The notes: generated by a model not told the origin, from the sequence alone. A DNA stretch of 64,000 bases from Candidatus Eremiobacteria bacterium (GCA_963737065.1 CAVTRC010000002.1:1-64000), one strand, 5' to 3'; positions 40,957 to 52,091 are shown, counted from the first letter of the stretch. Translations and numbers: made by a program.

Positions 40957-41134
40957 CGGTAAACTTCTAGACGAGGGCGCCGTCTCTCAATCCTGGCTAC
41001 GGCAGCGCCATTTTCAGCGGCCGGGGCATCGCCCGTCCTTGGCGTAAAGCAACCGGCGTAAAGTAGCCGCCGGACGGCAGTACGCTAGGCCGCCCGGCGA
41101 ACCGTTTAAAGTAGCGCGTGCAAAACCCGATACC

Positions 41135-41446
41135 TTACCAAATACCAAGCGCCGCTTTGACGTCGTCGGAAGCCATCGTTGCCGGATCCCACGGAGGAGT
41201 GAACGTGACGTCCACCTTCGCAGTCTTGACGCCCTCGACGCTGAGCACGCGATCTTCAACGGACTTTTTGAACATCGGGCCGACCGGACACATCGGCGAG
41301 GTTAGCGTCATCAAAACGGTAACGTGCTCCTGGTTGTCACCTTCGACGCTGACGTCGTATACGAGACCAAGCTCGAGGATGCCCATGTTGATCTCGGGAT
41401 CCTTCACGTCTAGGAGTGCGGTGCGAACTTCTTCGACGGTGGGCAT
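41135..41446 (-). CDS. DUF59/SufT-like Fe-S cluster assembly protein
   Basis: DPEINMGILELGLVY, TLTSPMCP, FTPPW. Confidence 0.92.
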   Translation of the reverse strand: MPTVEEVRTALLDVKDPEINMGILELGLVYDVSVEGDNQEHVTVLMTLTSPMCPVGPMFKKSVEDRVLSVEGVKTAKVDVTFTPPWDPATMASDDVKAALGIW

Positions 41447-41657
41447 GGCCGTTTATTGTAGCACGCAACTTTTTTCGCGCGAGCGATGTCCGAAAGGATG
41501 ATCGACTCGTGCCGGTTAGCGGTCCGCGAGGCTTTTTATTCCGTATTAAGGATCACAGAGAGTGTCACGAAACTGGAATGCGACGGGTAGAGTTAAATAG
41601 ACACCTGCTCCCGAAGGCGATTGCCGAAGGATTAGGTACCGGAGGAAGAGCCTAACA

Positions 41658-44153
41658 ATGTCAATGTGGGAACCGTTCACCGAGCGCGCGAGACGAAGCA
41701 TCGTCCTAGCTCAGGAAGAGGCGCAGCGGCTTGGGAACAACTACATCGGAACCGAGCATATCTTGCTCGGTATCATTTCCGAAGGCGAGAGTTTGGCTGC
41801 TAAAGTCCTCGAGTCGCTCGGCGTGAACCTTGCGAAAGTACGCCAAGAAGTAGAAGCGATCGTGGGCCGTGGCGGTCAGACCGTGCAACAGGAAATGGTG
41901 TTTACCCCGCGCGCGAAGCGCGTTATCGAGCTCGCCTTCGAAGAAGCCCGCCAGCTCAATCACAACTACATCGGAACGGAACATCTGCTGCTCGGCCTTA
42001 TCCGCGAGGGTGAGGGTGTGGCGGCGCGTGTGCTGACGAACCTTGGCGTCGATCCGGCGAAGGTTCGCGTGCAAACGACGTCGCTGCTCGGCGCTGAAGG
42101 ACAGCCGCCGGCACCGAAAGGCAAGAGCAAGACGCCGACGCTCGATGCATACGGCCGCGATCTCACGCAACTCGCTCGCGAGAACAAACTCGATCCGGTG
42201 ATCGGACGAAGCAACGAGATCGAGCGCGTCATCCAAATCCTCTCGCGCCGCACCAAGAACAACCCGGCGCTCATCGGTGAACCCGGCGTCGGTAAGACGG
42301 CGATCGCCGAAGGCCTTGCGCAGCGCGTGATCAAGGGCGACATTCCGGATCCGCTGCGCGATAAACGCGTCATCACGCTCGACCTGGCCGGGCTCGTCGC
42401 CGGTACGAAGTACCGCGGTGAGTTCGAAGAACGCATGAAGCGCGTGATGGACGAAATCCGCGGCGCAGCAGGCGAGATCATTCTTTTCATCGACGAGTTG
42501 CACACGCTCGTCGGAGCGGGCGCTGCCGAAGGTGCAATCGACGCAAGCAATATCATCAAACCGGCGCTTGCGCGCGGCGAACTGCAGTGCATCGGTGCGA
42601 CGACGCTCAACGAGTTCCGCAAACACATCGAGAAGGACTCGGCGTTAGAACGCCGCTTCCAGCCGGTGATGGTCGGCGAACCGTCGGTCGACGAAACGGT
42701 CGAGATCCTCATGGGATTGCGCGATCGTTATGAAGCGCACCATAAAGTGCAAATCACCGACGCCGCACTTGCCGCGGCCGCGAAGTTATCCGATCGCTAT
42801 ATCACCGATCGGTTCTTGCCGGACAAAGCCGTCGACTTGATCGATGAAGCAAGTTCTCGCGTACGTTTGCAAGCGACGCTGCCGCCGCAATCGATTCGCG
42901 ACATCGACGCGCAATTGCGCAAGGTGATCGCCGAAAAAGAGTCGGTCGTGAAAAATCAGGAGTTCGAAAAAGCGGCGTCGGTCCGCGACCGTGAGGAAAA
43001 GCTGCGACTGGAGAAATCGAAGCTCGAAGAAGAATGGCAGCAGAAGAAGGCCCAAACCGCCGATAAGATGCTGCAGGTCACGGAAGACAATGTTGCCGAG
43101 ATCGTATCAGCGTGGACCAAGATCCCGGTCAGCCGTCTAGCGCAAGCGGAGACCGAGAAGCTGCTCAACATGGGCAACCAACTGCACGAGCGCGTCGTCG
43201 GTCAAGAAGAAGCGATCAACGTCATCACGCGCGCTATCCGCCGTTCGCGCGCGGGCCTAAAGAATCCGAATCGCCCCATCGGCTCGTTCCTCTTCCTCGG
43301 TCCGACCGGCGTTGGTAAAACCGAAGTCGCGCGCAGCGTCGCGGAGTTCATGTTTGACGACGAAGAGTCGATGATTCGCATCGACATGTCGGAGTACATG
43401 GAGAAGTACTCGGTGTCGCGTCTGGTCGGCGCGCCTCCGGGATACGTCGGGTACGAAGAAGGCGGTCAACTCACCGAAGCGGTGCGCCGCCGTCCTTACT
43501 CCGTCGTGCTGCTCGACGAAATTGAAAAGGCGCATCCGGACGTCTTCAACTTGCTGCTGCAAGTCCTCGACGACGGACGCTTGACCGATTCGCAAGGCCG
43601 TCAGGTCGACTTCAAAAACTGCGTCATCGTGATGACCTCGAATGTCGGAGCGACCGGCATGCAAACGACGACCGACATCGGCTTCCGCCCGTCGAAAGGC
43701 TCAGAAGACGACGAGGCTAAGGGCTACGAGCGGATGAAGAACAAAGTGCTCGAGGAGATCAAGCACACGTTCCGGCCGGAGTTTTTGAACCGCATCGACG
43801 AAGTCGTCGTCTTCCACCAGCTTACGAGGGAACAGATCGAACAAATCGTTGGTCTGGAGCTCGAGAAGGTGCTGCGCGAAGTGAAGGCTCAGGAGATGAA
43901 TCTCAAGGTAACGGAAGCTGCCAAAGCGCTGCTTGCAAAGAAAGGCTGGGACCCGCAGTTCGGTGCGCGTCCACTGCGTCGCGCGATTCAGCGCAATGTT
44001 GAGGACGAGCTCGCGGAGGAAATGTTGAAGGGCACGTTCACTGCCGGCGATCACATCTTCGCCGACGTCGACGAGACTGATTCCGAGAAGCTGAAGTTCT
44101 CAAAGATACCGTCGGTCGAACCGCCCGCGCCACCGCAACCGGCGCACGCATAG
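41658..44153 (+). CDS. clpC: ATP-dependent Clp protease ATP-binding subunit ClpC
   Basis: Two Clp-N repeats; GEPGVGKT and GPTGVGKT Walker A motifs; UVR-like middle domain; IGF loop. Confidence 0.97.
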   Translation: MSMWEPFTERARRSIVLAQEEAQRLGNNYIGTEHILLGIISEGESLAAKVLESLGVNLAKVRQEVEAIVGRGGQTVQQEMVFTPRAKRVIELAFEEARQLNHNYIGTEHLLLGLIREGEGVAARVLTNLGVDPAKVRVQTTSLLGAEGQPPAPKGKSKTPTLDAYGRDLTQLARENKLDPVIGRSNEIERVIQILSRRTKNNPALIGEPGVGKTAIAEGLAQRVIKGDIPDPLRDKRVITLDLAGLVAGTKYRGEFEERMKRVMDEIRGAAGEIILFIDELHTLVGAGAAEGAIDASNIIKPALARGELQCIGATTLNEFRKHIEKDSALERRFQPVMVGEPSVDETVEILMGLRDRYEAHHKVQITDAALAAAAKLSDRYITDRFLPDKAVDLIDEASSRVRLQATLPPQSIRDIDAQLRKVIAEKESVVKNQEFEKAASVRDREEKLRLEKSKLEEEWQQKKAQTADKMLQVTEDNVAEIVSAWTKIPVSRLAQAETEKLLNMGNQLHERVVGQEEAINVITRAIRRSRAGLKNPNRPIGSFLFLGPTGVGKTEVARSVAEFMFDDEESMIRIDMSEYMEKYSVSRLVGAPPGYVGYEEGGQLTEAVRRRPYSVVLLDEIEKAHPDVFNLLLQVLDDGRLTDSQGRQVDFKNCVIVMTSNVGATGMQTTTDIGFRPSKGSEDDEAKGYERMKNKVLEEIKHTFRPEFLNRIDEVVVFHQLTREQIEQIVGLELEKVLREVKAQEMNLKVTEAAKALLAKKGWDPQFGARPLRRAIQRNVEDELAEEMLKGTFTAGDHIFADVDETDSEKLKFSKIPSVEPPAPPQPAHA

Positions 44154-44164
44154 GCAGGAACCCC

Positions 44165-44195
44165 AAGACCGGACCAACGTCCGGTCTTTTTCTTT
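44165..44195 (+). terminator. Rho-independent terminator of clpC
   Basis: AAGACCGGAC-caac-GTCCGGTCTT followed by a T-run. Confidence 0.85.
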
Positions 44196-44270
44196 GAGCA
44201 ACGATGCGTGGCCTCGCTGTGTAGTAGGCCGTTCAAAAGATGGGTACCCTGCTTGTAGGAGGCCACGACC

Positions 44271-44594
44271 ATGCTCTTTAGATTGAAATCCCGCAACGAG
44301 CCGTGTCCCGACCAGAAAGCGACCGTCCAGCCCGAGTCACCAGAATACGATGAAGACGGACGCCGGTACGTCTTCCGCTTCCCCGCGTCCGCGCCACGGA
44401 ACTACCGCGTCGATCGCGACCGTATTTTCGACTACCTCGCCACCCACGAGGTACCGGGGCCGCGCGCGCGCCGGATACGACGCGACGTACGCAACGCAGC
44501 AAACTTCTACGAAGATATTCGCGAGATTCAAACGCACGCCGACGTCGAACCGCTCGACGAATTGAGCCAGCGTCGCTTCCGTTCCGCATCGTAA
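44271..44594 (+). CDS. Hypothetical protein
   Basis: RBS AGGAGG before ATG. Confidence 0.7.
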   Translation: MLFRLKSRNEPCPDQKATVQPESPEYDEDGRRYVFRFPASAPRNYRVDRDRIFDYLATHEVPGPRARRIRRDVRNAANFYEDIREIQTHADVEPLDELSQRRFRSAS

Positions 44595-44642
44595 GAGTTC
44601 GCTAGCGCGGAGATCGCTCGCAGCGTCGGGAATCTGCGTCGT

Positions 44643-46718
44643 ATGAGCGCTTCACGCTGTCTGCTCGCCGCATTGTTGTTTGTCTGCCTCGCCGCAACGC
44701 AGGCATCGTCCGCAACGCGGCAGCCGGTTCGAGCGGAAGATTTGTTCCGGCTGACGTTGATATCCGCGCCGGTGATCTCGCCGGATGGAAACAGTGTCGC
44801 ATTCGTCGTTTCGCGGATGAACGGTCCCGAAGACCGATACGATGCCAACGTCTGGCTCGTGAGCATGCGCGGCGGTTCGCCGCGAGCACTTACCTCCGAT
44901 GGTTCGTCGTCGTCGCCCGCATGGTCGGCCGACAGTTCGCGCATTGCGTTCGTGCGGACGGCACGCGATGTCCCGCAAATCTTCTCGTATAACACTCGGT
45001 CGCACGCTACGTCGCAACTGACGCATCGTCCAACGGGTGCATGGTCGCCGGTGTGGTCGCACGACGGCCAGCGCATCGCGTTCGCGTCCCTCACGGTTGA
45101 CGCGCAACCGCCGGCGCAGATTGATTTTCGCGCCGCCGGCTTTACGCCGAAACCCTCGCAGCGCACGAGCGATATCCGCGTGATCGATACGGAACGCTAT
45201 GAAGCCAACGGAGAAGGCTACGTCTATAACAAGCACCAGCATCTCTGGGTCATGAACGCGGACGGCTCCGCGCCGCGCGCGTTGACGTCCGGTCATCGGT
45301 GGTCGGAAGCGCAATACGTCTGGTCGCCGGATGACTCAATGGTGGCGTTCGCATCGCTGCGCCGTGAAACGTCCCGCGCGAACGAGAGCGACGTGTACAC
45401 GATTGCATCGCGTGGCGGCGAGATGCGGCTCGTGCGCTCGCCCGACGTTGCAAACGTGCAGCCTGCATATGGCAACCGCGGCAAGCGCGTCTATTTCTTC
45501 AGCGGTAATGTCGATGACAGCGCGGAATATCCGGCGCTCGTCTCGGCCGATCCCGACGGTTCGCACAGGACCGTCGTCGTAAAAAAGAACGCGTACCAAT
45601 GGGGCGATTGGGTTCTGGCCGATCTCAAAATGCCGGGCATGATTTGCGGGCCGCTCTTTACGCCCGGCGATCGCACGATCGTTACCGACGTTTCAATGGC
45701 GGGAAGCACGCGACTCGCCGCAGTTGAGCGTTCGACCGGGAACGTAACAATGCTCACGGGCGGCGATAGTGCGATCGCCGACTGTTCGATGAGCCGCGAC
45801 GGTCGGTGGGTCGCGTATACGAAAGCCGATTTTACGCATCCGGCGGAAGTATATGTGCGCGACATGCACAATGGAACCGAACGCGCGTTGACGGCACTCA
45901 ATCGATCGTATCTCAACGGCGTTATGCTATCGCAACCGCAGCGCTTCACGATTCACGATGCCGGCGGTTTCAACGTCGATGCGTGGTTCATGCCGGCCGT
46001 CGGTCCGCATGCGGTCGGGAAACGTCCGACGATTCTCGATATTCATGGCGGTCCGCAAGCTGAATTCGGCGCGACGTTCTTTCACGAACTGCAGTATTGG
46101 ACGGGACGGGGCTACAACGTCGTGTTCATTAATCCAGAAGGCAGCATTGGTTACGGACACGCGTTTGAAGCGGCGCTCGAAGGCAATTGGGGACCTCCGA
46201 TGTTCGACGACATCATGCGCGGGATGGATCAGGTCGCAAAGCGTCCGAACGTCGACCCGTCGCGCTTCGGCGTCATCGGCGGAAGCTACGGCGGCTATGC
46301 AACGCTCTGGGTCATCGCGCATACGAACCGTTTCAAAGCCGCGATCTCCGAGCGACCGGCGAGCGATCTCGCAACAGAATCGCTTGACGCGTTCTTCGCG
46401 AGTTCGAATGGACTCGGCGGCCAATACGCGTGGGGGAAACCGTGGAATTCATCCAGCAAAAACTTCACCGATTCCCCGCTTACGTACGTCGAGAACGTGC
46501 ACACGCCGCTGATGGTGCTGCACTCGACGCAAGATACGGAAACGCCGGTGGATCAGACGCTTGACGAATTCTCAGCGCTCAAGCAGCTTGGTCGAACCGT
46601 TCGCTTCGTTGAAGTACCGGGCGAAAATCACGATCTCAATCGGACGGGAACGCCGATCCACCGCATCGAGCGTCTTCATATTCTTGCATCGTGGTTCGAC
46701 CGGTATCTCTCGCCGTAA
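44643..46718 (+). CDS. Secreted S9-family (prolyl oligopeptidase-like) peptidase
   Basis: Signal peptide; WD40/PD40-like WS.D repeats; IHGGP, GGSYGG, ENH. Confidence 0.93.
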   Translation: MSASRCLLAALLFVCLAATQASSATRQPVRAEDLFRLTLISAPVISPDGNSVAFVVSRMNGPEDRYDANVWLVSMRGGSPRALTSDGSSSSPAWSADSSRIAFVRTARDVPQIFSYNTRSHATSQLTHRPTGAWSPVWSHDGQRIAFASLTVDAQPPAQIDFRAAGFTPKPSQRTSDIRVIDTERYEANGEGYVYNKHQHLWVMNADGSAPRALTSGHRWSEAQYVWSPDDSMVAFASLRRETSRANESDVYTIASRGGEMRLVRSPDVANVQPAYGNRGKRVYFFSGNVDDSAEYPALVSADPDGSHRTVVVKKNAYQWGDWVLADLKMPGMICGPLFTPGDRTIVTDVSMAGSTRLAAVERSTGNVTMLTGGDSAIADCSMSRDGRWVAYTKADFTHPAEVYVRDMHNGTERALTALNRSYLNGVMLSQPQRFTIHDAGGFNVDAWFMPAVGPHAVGKRPTILDIHGGPQAEFGATFFHELQYWTGRGYNVVFINPEGSIGYGHAFEAALEGNWGPPMFDDIMRGMDQVAKRPNVDPSRFGVIGGSYGGYATLWVIAHTNRFKAAISERPASDLATESLDAFFASSNGLGGQYAWGKPWNSSSKNFTDSPLTYVENVHTPLMVLHSTQDTETPVDQTLDEFSALKQLGRTVRFVEVPGENHDLNRTGTPIHRIERLHILASWFDRYLSP

Positions 46719-46777
46719 TGTGAAGCCCACATGGTCCGTCTGTCGCCCGCTCGGGTGAAGGCGTGGAGGAGTATTGC

Positions 46778-47233
46778 TCAGGCAGGCCGCGTTTGCATCA
46801 TGATGTTTGCGATTTGCGACATCACGACTATGCCGCTTTGATTGATCGTGTGCAATCGAACCCGCATCGTGCCGCGCTCGTTCTTTCCCGGCCACGGAAG
46901 TTTTTCGATCACTTCGCCACGCACGTGCAGTGTGTCGCCGGGAACGACCGGCGCCAGCCAACGGAGGTCGTCGATGCCCGTACCGATCACACCGGTCGCG
47001 CGCAGCACGCCGGATGAGACGACCAAGCGCATCGTGATCGCGGCCGTGTGCCAGCCGCTCGCGACCAACTCATGGAACGGGCTCGCGGCGGCTGCTTGCG
47101 CATCCAAATGGAACGGTTGCGGATCGTAGAGATGCGCGAAGGCAAGCGATTCTTTTTCCGAGAGTGTGAACGGCTCGGTTTCGAACGTATCGCCCAGGAT
47201 AAATTCGTCGAAATACCGCTCGGGATATTTCAC
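46778..47233 (-). CDS. MaoC-family dehydratase
   Basis: YDPQPFHLD, ASGWHT, WLAPVVPGDTL. Confidence 0.9.
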   Translation of the reverse strand: MKYPERYFDEFILGDTFETEPFTLSEKESLAFAHLYDPQPFHLDAQAAAASPFHELVASGWHTAAITMRLVVSSGVLRATGVIGTGIDDLRWLAPVVPGDTLHVRGEVIEKLPWPGKNERGTMRVRLHTINQSGIVVMSQIANIMMQTRPA

Positions 47234-47925
47234 GGTCGGACGTCGATCTCGACGAACGATTCCACTGATGTGTGCGCGGAGGCGGGAACGGTTCCATCTT
47301 CGGGGCGCGCCAGCTGCACGGTTTGCACTCCCGCATCACGAGCCGCATCGAGCTCCGCGATAGTATCGGAGAAGAAGACGACGTCGTTCGACGCGACTCC
47401 AACGTCCTTGACGATGCGCTCGTACGACGACGCTTCACGTTTTCCGCCGATCGTCGTGTCATAAAATCCCGAGAAGAGCGGCAGCAGATCGCCGGCGACG
47501 CTGTGTCCGAAAAGGAGCTTCTGCGCGGCAACGGATCCCGACGAATAGACGTACATGCGAACGCCCGCGTCGTGAAAACGGTTGATCGCGTCGATTGCGT
47601 CTTGATAGAGATGGCCGCGAATGCCGCTGGATTCGAATCCTTCGACCCAAATATGCCCCTGTAGTTCTTTGAGCGGCGTGACTTTGATATCGTTATCGCT
47701 CCACGTGTGGAGCGCGCGAAGAATCGCCGCTAGATCGTGAACGTCGACGGACGCTACACGGGCCGCTTCGTCGAGAATCGCGCGCATCCACGGCTCTTCC
47801 GCGTGCGCGTGGACGTATGCGTTCATCCGCGACTTTGCATACGGAAACAAAACGTCGCGCACGAACGCAATCGAGCCGACCGTTCCCTCGATGTCGATCA
47901 GGGCGGCTGCAGCGCGAAAATGCAC
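47230..47925 (-). CDS. mtnC: Enolase-phosphatase E1 (acireductone synthase)
   Basis: DIEGT, FVRDVLFPYA, LKELQG, YSSGSVAAQKLLF. Confidence 0.95.
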   Translation of the reverse strand: MHFRAAAALIDIEGTVGSIAFVRDVLFPYAKSRMNAYVHAHAEEPWMRAILDEAARVASVDVHDLAAILRALHTWSDNDIKVTPLKELQGHIWVEGFESSGIRGHLYQDAIDAINRFHDAGVRMYVYSSGSVAAQKLLFGHSVAGDLLPLFSGFYDTTIGGKREASSYERIVKDVGVASNDVVFFSDTIAELDAARDAGVQTVQLARPEDGTVPASAHTSVESFVEIDVRP

Positions 47926-47935
47926 GCGAGGAACT

Positions 47936-48493
47936 CTAGTCGAGCTTCGGAAAACCGCTCGCGATTGCGTCGCCCGTGAAGTTGGCCACCCAGCCTTCCG
48001 GATTCACGAAGAGCCGGATCGCTGTGAACTCGGGATCGCAGCCCATGTCGAACCAATGCTTCGTTCCGGCCGGAACGCTGATGAGATCGCCTTTCACGCA
48101 AATCGTTTGATAGACGCGGTCGCCGGCATGAAGATAAAACGCGCCCCGGCCGTCGACAAAAAAGCGCACTTCGTCCTCGGAGTGCTGGTGTTCGTCAAGA
48201 AACTTCTTGCGCATCGGTTCGGTGTTCGGCGTGCCGCGCTCCAATCGAATCACGTCGACCGATTGGTACCCGCACTCATCGATGAGTCTATCGATCGACG
48301 AGCGATACGCAGCGATCACCGTATGTTGATCCGCGCCGGCGGGAAGATCTGCATCGGCTGCCCAGCGCTCGAAGCGCACGCCGATCTTCGCGAGCTCCGA
48401 CGCGATGCGTTCGCCGTCGCCGGTTTCGAGCACGGGCGCGGACGGACTGCCGTCGTCGTAGACACGTAACGTTGAGGTCGCGATTGCGGTCAT
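47936..48493 (-). CDS. mtnD: Acireductone dioxygenase
   Basis: KFLDEHQHSEDEVRFFV, VPAGTKHWFD, AIRLF. Confidence 0.95.
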   Translation of the reverse strand: MTAIATSTLRVYDDGSPSAPVLETGDGERIASELAKIGVRFERWAADADLPAGADQHTVIAAYRSSIDRLIDECGYQSVDVIRLERGTPNTEPMRKKFLDEHQHSEDEVRFFVDGRGAFYLHAGDRVYQTICVKGDLISVPAGTKHWFDMGCDPEFTAIRLFVNPEGWVANFTGDAIASGFPKLD

Positions 48494-49122
48494 GTGATTC
48501 TCCGTTCTTCCAGAGAGCACTGAAGCAGAAACTCTAGGCCTTCCAAGTGGCGGCGCGCGTCGTCCATCGTCGCACCCCACGCATATAACCCATGTCCCGC
48601 GAGCAGGTATCCAGGCACGCGTGGAACGGACTCGAGCGCTGCTTCGATGCGTGAAGCAAGCGCAACTGTATCTTGGTCGTTTGCAAAGATCGGTAGCCGT
48701 AGCGAGCTTTCGTGCGTCGTGATCCCTTCCAGCGATTTATGCATTTCGAACCCACGGAGCGCAACCGCGCCGTTCGCCGCATCGACGCGTGACAGTACCG
48801 TCGCCGCGACGGAATGGATGTGCGCGATGGCGCCCGTGTTCGGATCCGCGGCGTAGCGCGCAACGTGGAGCGGTGTTTCCGCGGAAACGCCGGGCGGTAA
48901 TGGTGCGTTGAGGTCGACCACGATGAGATCGTCAGGGCCGATGTTTCCTTTGTCGATACCCGAGCGCGTGATCGCGATCCGCGACATAGCGATGCGGCGC
49001 GAGAAGTTGCCGCTCGTGGCGGGAACCCAGCCGCGCGAAGCGGCGAAACGTCCAATCGCGGCGATATCGGATGCGACGGACTCCGGAACCGTCGGAAGGT
49101 GCATCGTCATCCGCAACACCAT
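48490..49122 (-). CDS. mtnB: Methylthioribulose-1-phosphate dehydratase
   Basis: GWVPATSGNFS, SAETPLH, HIHS, GHGLYAWG; start may be slightly downstream. Confidence 0.93.
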   Translation of the reverse strand: MVLRMTMHLPTVPESVASDIAAIGRFAASRGWVPATSGNFSRRIAMSRIAITRSGIDKGNIGPDDLIVVDLNAPLPPGVSAETPLHVARYAADPNTGAIAHIHSVAATVLSRVDAANGAVALRGFEMHKSLEGITTHESSLRLPIFANDQDTVALASRIEAALESVPRVPGYLLAGHGLYAWGATMDDARRHLEGLEFLLQCSLEERRIT

Positions 49123-49133
49123 ACCATAGCCCG

Positions 49134-50762
49134 ATGCTCAACGTCCTGGTGGCCGTGTTGCTCGCACAAGGTACAGCTTCGCCCTCGCCGCCGCTCAGTG
49201 CGACCCCAACGCCGAATCCGTTGGCATCGCCTTCAGCATCACCGCTTCCGGCGGCAGGCCTCCAAGCGTCGCCCGCATCGCTCGCGATTCATCCCGGCGG
49301 AACGGCGACGCTGCGTATCATCAACGCGGCGGGCGCACTGACTGCGACCGCGGGTCCGCTCGTCGCCGTCGCCGTGAATCAGGCGGAGAAAACGCTATCG
49401 GTCAGCGCAGCGGGACAACTCGGACGTGACACGATTCACGTCACCGATCAAACGGGTGCGGCAGTCGACATTCCCGTGCTCGTTGCGCAAGACGCCGGCA
49501 GCGTGCCGAGCGCGGTGACGTTGAAAGTGACCGGTTCAGCGATTGATCCGGCGTGGCTCTCGACGCAAATATCCGCCGCCGTCGCGCGCAATGCGACCGT
49601 GCAGCCCGGTGCAACGCTCGCCGCACCGTCGCCGCCGATTGCACCGCCCCAGGCCGGCGCAACGACGAGCGTGCCGGTTGCCGTACAGATCAACGGAAAC
49701 GGCCAATACGTCGATGTTGCAACGACGACGAATGTCAACGTGCAAAACGTCAGCGTTGAACCGTTCGCTCCGCCGACACTCATGTACGACGACGATCCGG
49801 AGCATTTGACCGGCGACGGTGTCCTGTATCGCGGAACGGTGGACGCGAGTGCACCGTCGCGTCTGTACTATTACCATGACAATACGTTGGACACGCGGCG
49901 TCTCGTCGTCGCTCTTTCGTCCGCGGCGAACCATCCGTCCACGGTTCAGACGATCGATTCTACCGCGGGCCCGAACATCGACGTGATGAGCGTCGGCCAC
50001 GCCGTCAGCCGCGATTTCCTTTTGATGAAGCCGCGCAATGCCGGCGTCATCTACGACCTCGATCCGTCAACGGCACTGGTTCTCCACGATGTTCCGATGA
50101 GCAGCCGGCAACTCGTGGCCGGAACGATCGGCATCAATGTGCTTTCCGGCGGTCCGGTTACCGTGACCGTGCTTGCGGTTTCGCCCGGTGCCGATCCACG
50201 GACGATGCTCGCGGGGCCGTTGCTTCCGCGCGATGGGCATAATCGCGGCGGCGTCTTTGAGCTGACGAACTTCGGCACGAATTCGCTCGCGTACACCGTC
50301 GGCGGGAACGACACGTCGGTCGTGTACGGCGATCGTGATCCTACGCCACAAAATATCGACCCCTCGAGTCCCGGGCATGACTATGGCGACTACGGCGTCA
50401 TGCACACATTCTTGTTCTCGCTCGACAACCCGACGAGCGCGCCGGCCAACGTCTATCTCTATGAGCGGCCGATCGGCGGCGTCGTGCGTTCGAGCTTTCT
50501 GGTCGACGGCAGGCTCATAGAAATGGGGTGCGTGCGGGTCAATACGGCGCGGTATCAAATTGCAGCGTTCGCACTCGAGCCCGACGCGCGTTATCAGCTC
50601 AACGTGCAAACGATGACGGACGGTGGATCGAACTACCCGCTCGAGATCGGCCTGACGACAACGCCTCCCGAGCCGGCCGTGCCCGCAATCTCCGCCGCCG
50701 CCGGATGCTTCCCGAAAGCGCAGGCGGCACCATCTGCGTCATCGGCGGCAACGCGTTTTTAA
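49134..50762 (+). CDS. Secreted hypothetical protein with Ig-like/beta-rich domains
   Basis: Signal peptide, Pro-rich linker, DDDPE..GVLY and GDYGV motifs; TACCAT 6 nt upstream. Confidence 0.75.
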   Translation: MLNVLVAVLLAQGTASPSPPLSATPTPNPLASPSASPLPAAGLQASPASLAIHPGGTATLRIINAAGALTATAGPLVAVAVNQAEKTLSVSAAGQLGRDTIHVTDQTGAAVDIPVLVAQDAGSVPSAVTLKVTGSAIDPAWLSTQISAAVARNATVQPGATLAAPSPPIAPPQAGATTSVPVAVQINGNGQYVDVATTTNVNVQNVSVEPFAPPTLMYDDDPEHLTGDGVLYRGTVDASAPSRLYYYHDNTLDTRRLVVALSSAANHPSTVQTIDSTAGPNIDVMSVGHAVSRDFLLMKPRNAGVIYDLDPSTALVLHDVPMSSRQLVAGTIGINVLSGGPVTVTVLAVSPGADPRTMLAGPLLPRDGHNRGGVFELTNFGTNSLAYTVGGNDTSVVYGDRDPTPQNIDPSSPGHDYGDYGVMHTFLFSLDNPTSAPANVYLYERPIGGVVRSSFLVDGRLIEMGCVRVNTARYQIAAFALEPDARYQLNVQTMTDGGSNYPLEIGLTTTPPEPAVPAISAAAGCFPKAQAAPSASSAATRF

Positions 50763-50834
50763 AACTTTTTGACGGGTGCGCCGGTTTTTTGGCATAGCGG
50801 TCGCGACGCGAATGCGGTAGGCTGGTTCAAAGCC

Positions 50835-51818
50835 GTGGAACGTACGACCGAACCGAAGATCGTTTTGCTCGTCCGCCTGCTCAACGCTATTGATGAGGGG
50901 CGTCACTCCTTCGAGAGCCTGAAAGACCGGATCGCGGAAGGTGGGCGTCGTCCAAGCACGCGCAGCTTACGCCGCTATCTGGCGGTCCTCTCTGAAGCGG
51001 GCTTTCCGTGGTACTTCGACCGTACGACGAATACGTACCGATTCGCGGGCGGCTATAGTCTTAAGCGGCTCGATCTCTCGGGCGGCGAACTGTTCGGCCT
51101 CGTCGCACTCCGCTCGTTTGGCGCCTCGATCGGCGGCGCCATTGGCTCCTCGATCAACGACATCACCGACAAGCTCTTGGGCTCGACCAGTAACGGAGCA
51201 CGCGCACGCGCCGAAGCGCCTACCCCGCTCGCCTTCCGCCTTTCCGAGATCCGACTCGACGAGAACGGCGAAGCGGCGTTGCGCGTTTTTTCCGCGGCCG
51301 AGCGCGCGTCGCGCAGCGTCGAGTTCGTCTATCAAGACAAAGAACGAAAGCGCAGTACGCGTGTTGCCGATCCGTACGGATTCATCGTGAGCACGGGGCG
51401 CATATATTGCGTTGCATACGACCATGCGCGTCGGGACAAACGCGTCTTCGCCGTAGACAATGTAAGCCAACCGCGCATGCTCGCGCGGACTTTCGTAAAG
51501 CCGGAAGACTTTGACGTTGAAGCGTACGCGGCTGCGTCGATCAGCGGCGTGATGCACGGCGACGACACAACGGCCGTGCGCGTATATTTCGCGCCTCGCG
51601 TTGCGAAAGCGGCGATTGCGGCGCGGGTCGTCGCGGAACGGCAAATAACACGCAACGATGATGGGTCGGCGCATATCGAATACCGCGTCGCGGACGTCGA
51701 CGAACTCGTACGCTGGGTTCTCGGCTGGGGATCGCAAGCCGAAATCGTCGAACCCGCTCCCGTCCGCGATCGCATCTCCGTATTAGCCCACGAAATCACC
51801 GCAAAATACGGCACATAA
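50835..51818 (+). CDS. HTH-WYL-WCX (PafB/PafC-like) transcriptional regulator
   Basis: N-terminal HTH (RSLRRYLAVL..AGFP), WYL core R..DPYG...Y..AYD..R..RVFAVD, WCX tail WVLGWG...EIVEP. Confidence 0.9.
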   Translation: MERTTEPKIVLLVRLLNAIDEGRHSFESLKDRIAEGGRRPSTRSLRRYLAVLSEAGFPWYFDRTTNTYRFAGGYSLKRLDLSGGELFGLVALRSFGASIGGAIGSSINDITDKLLGSTSNGARARAEAPTPLAFRLSEIRLDENGEAALRVFSAAERASRSVEFVYQDKERKRSTRVADPYGFIVSTGRIYCVAYDHARRDKRVFAVDNVSQPRMLARTFVKPEDFDVEAYAAASISGVMHGDDTTAVRVYFAPRVAKAAIAARVVAERQITRNDDGSAHIEYRVADVDELVRWVLGWGSQAEIVEPAPVRDRISVLAHEITAKYGT

Positions 51819-51854
51819 CCAACGTACGAGGTCGCATAGGTTTTTGCGGGTGCA

Positions 51855-51888
51855 AAAACAAAATCAGCGGGTGCGAGCCCCGCTGATT
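51855..51888 (-). terminator. Rho-independent terminator
   Basis: Minus strand AATCAGCGGG-gctcgca-CCCGCTGATT followed by TTGTTTTT. Confidence 0.75.
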
Positions 51889-52056
51889 CAGACGTATTCG
51901 CTCACCAAACTCGCCTGTCTGACTCTCGGGTGGGAGAGCCTTACTGACTCGAGTGGCGGTTCGATCGGGACCGCTCAAGGCTGCCAGCGCAGCCATTACG
52001 AGCGGATAACTCGATCGCGACCGATACGCGCGTCGCGCTCCGGCGCGAGCCGAAGT
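51856..52056 (-). ncRNA. Candidate ~200-nt structured non-coding RNA of unassigned family
   Basis: Own sigma70-like promoter and intrinsic terminator; several hairpins; no convincing ORF. Confidence 0.6.
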
Positions 52057-52062
52057 GAACGC

Positions 52063-52091
52063 ATCGTAGCACCGGACGTGAAGCGCTTCAA
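52063..52091 (-). promoter_or_regulatory. Sigma70-type promoter TTGAAG-N17-TACGAT with extended TG
   Basis: Canonical spacing and TGn extension, pointing into the structured intergenic region. Confidence 0.6.

Noticed and set aside
51950..51980. tRNA-like GGTTCGA T-loop on the + strand
   Set aside because: No canonical T-arm geometry, D-arm or acceptor stem.
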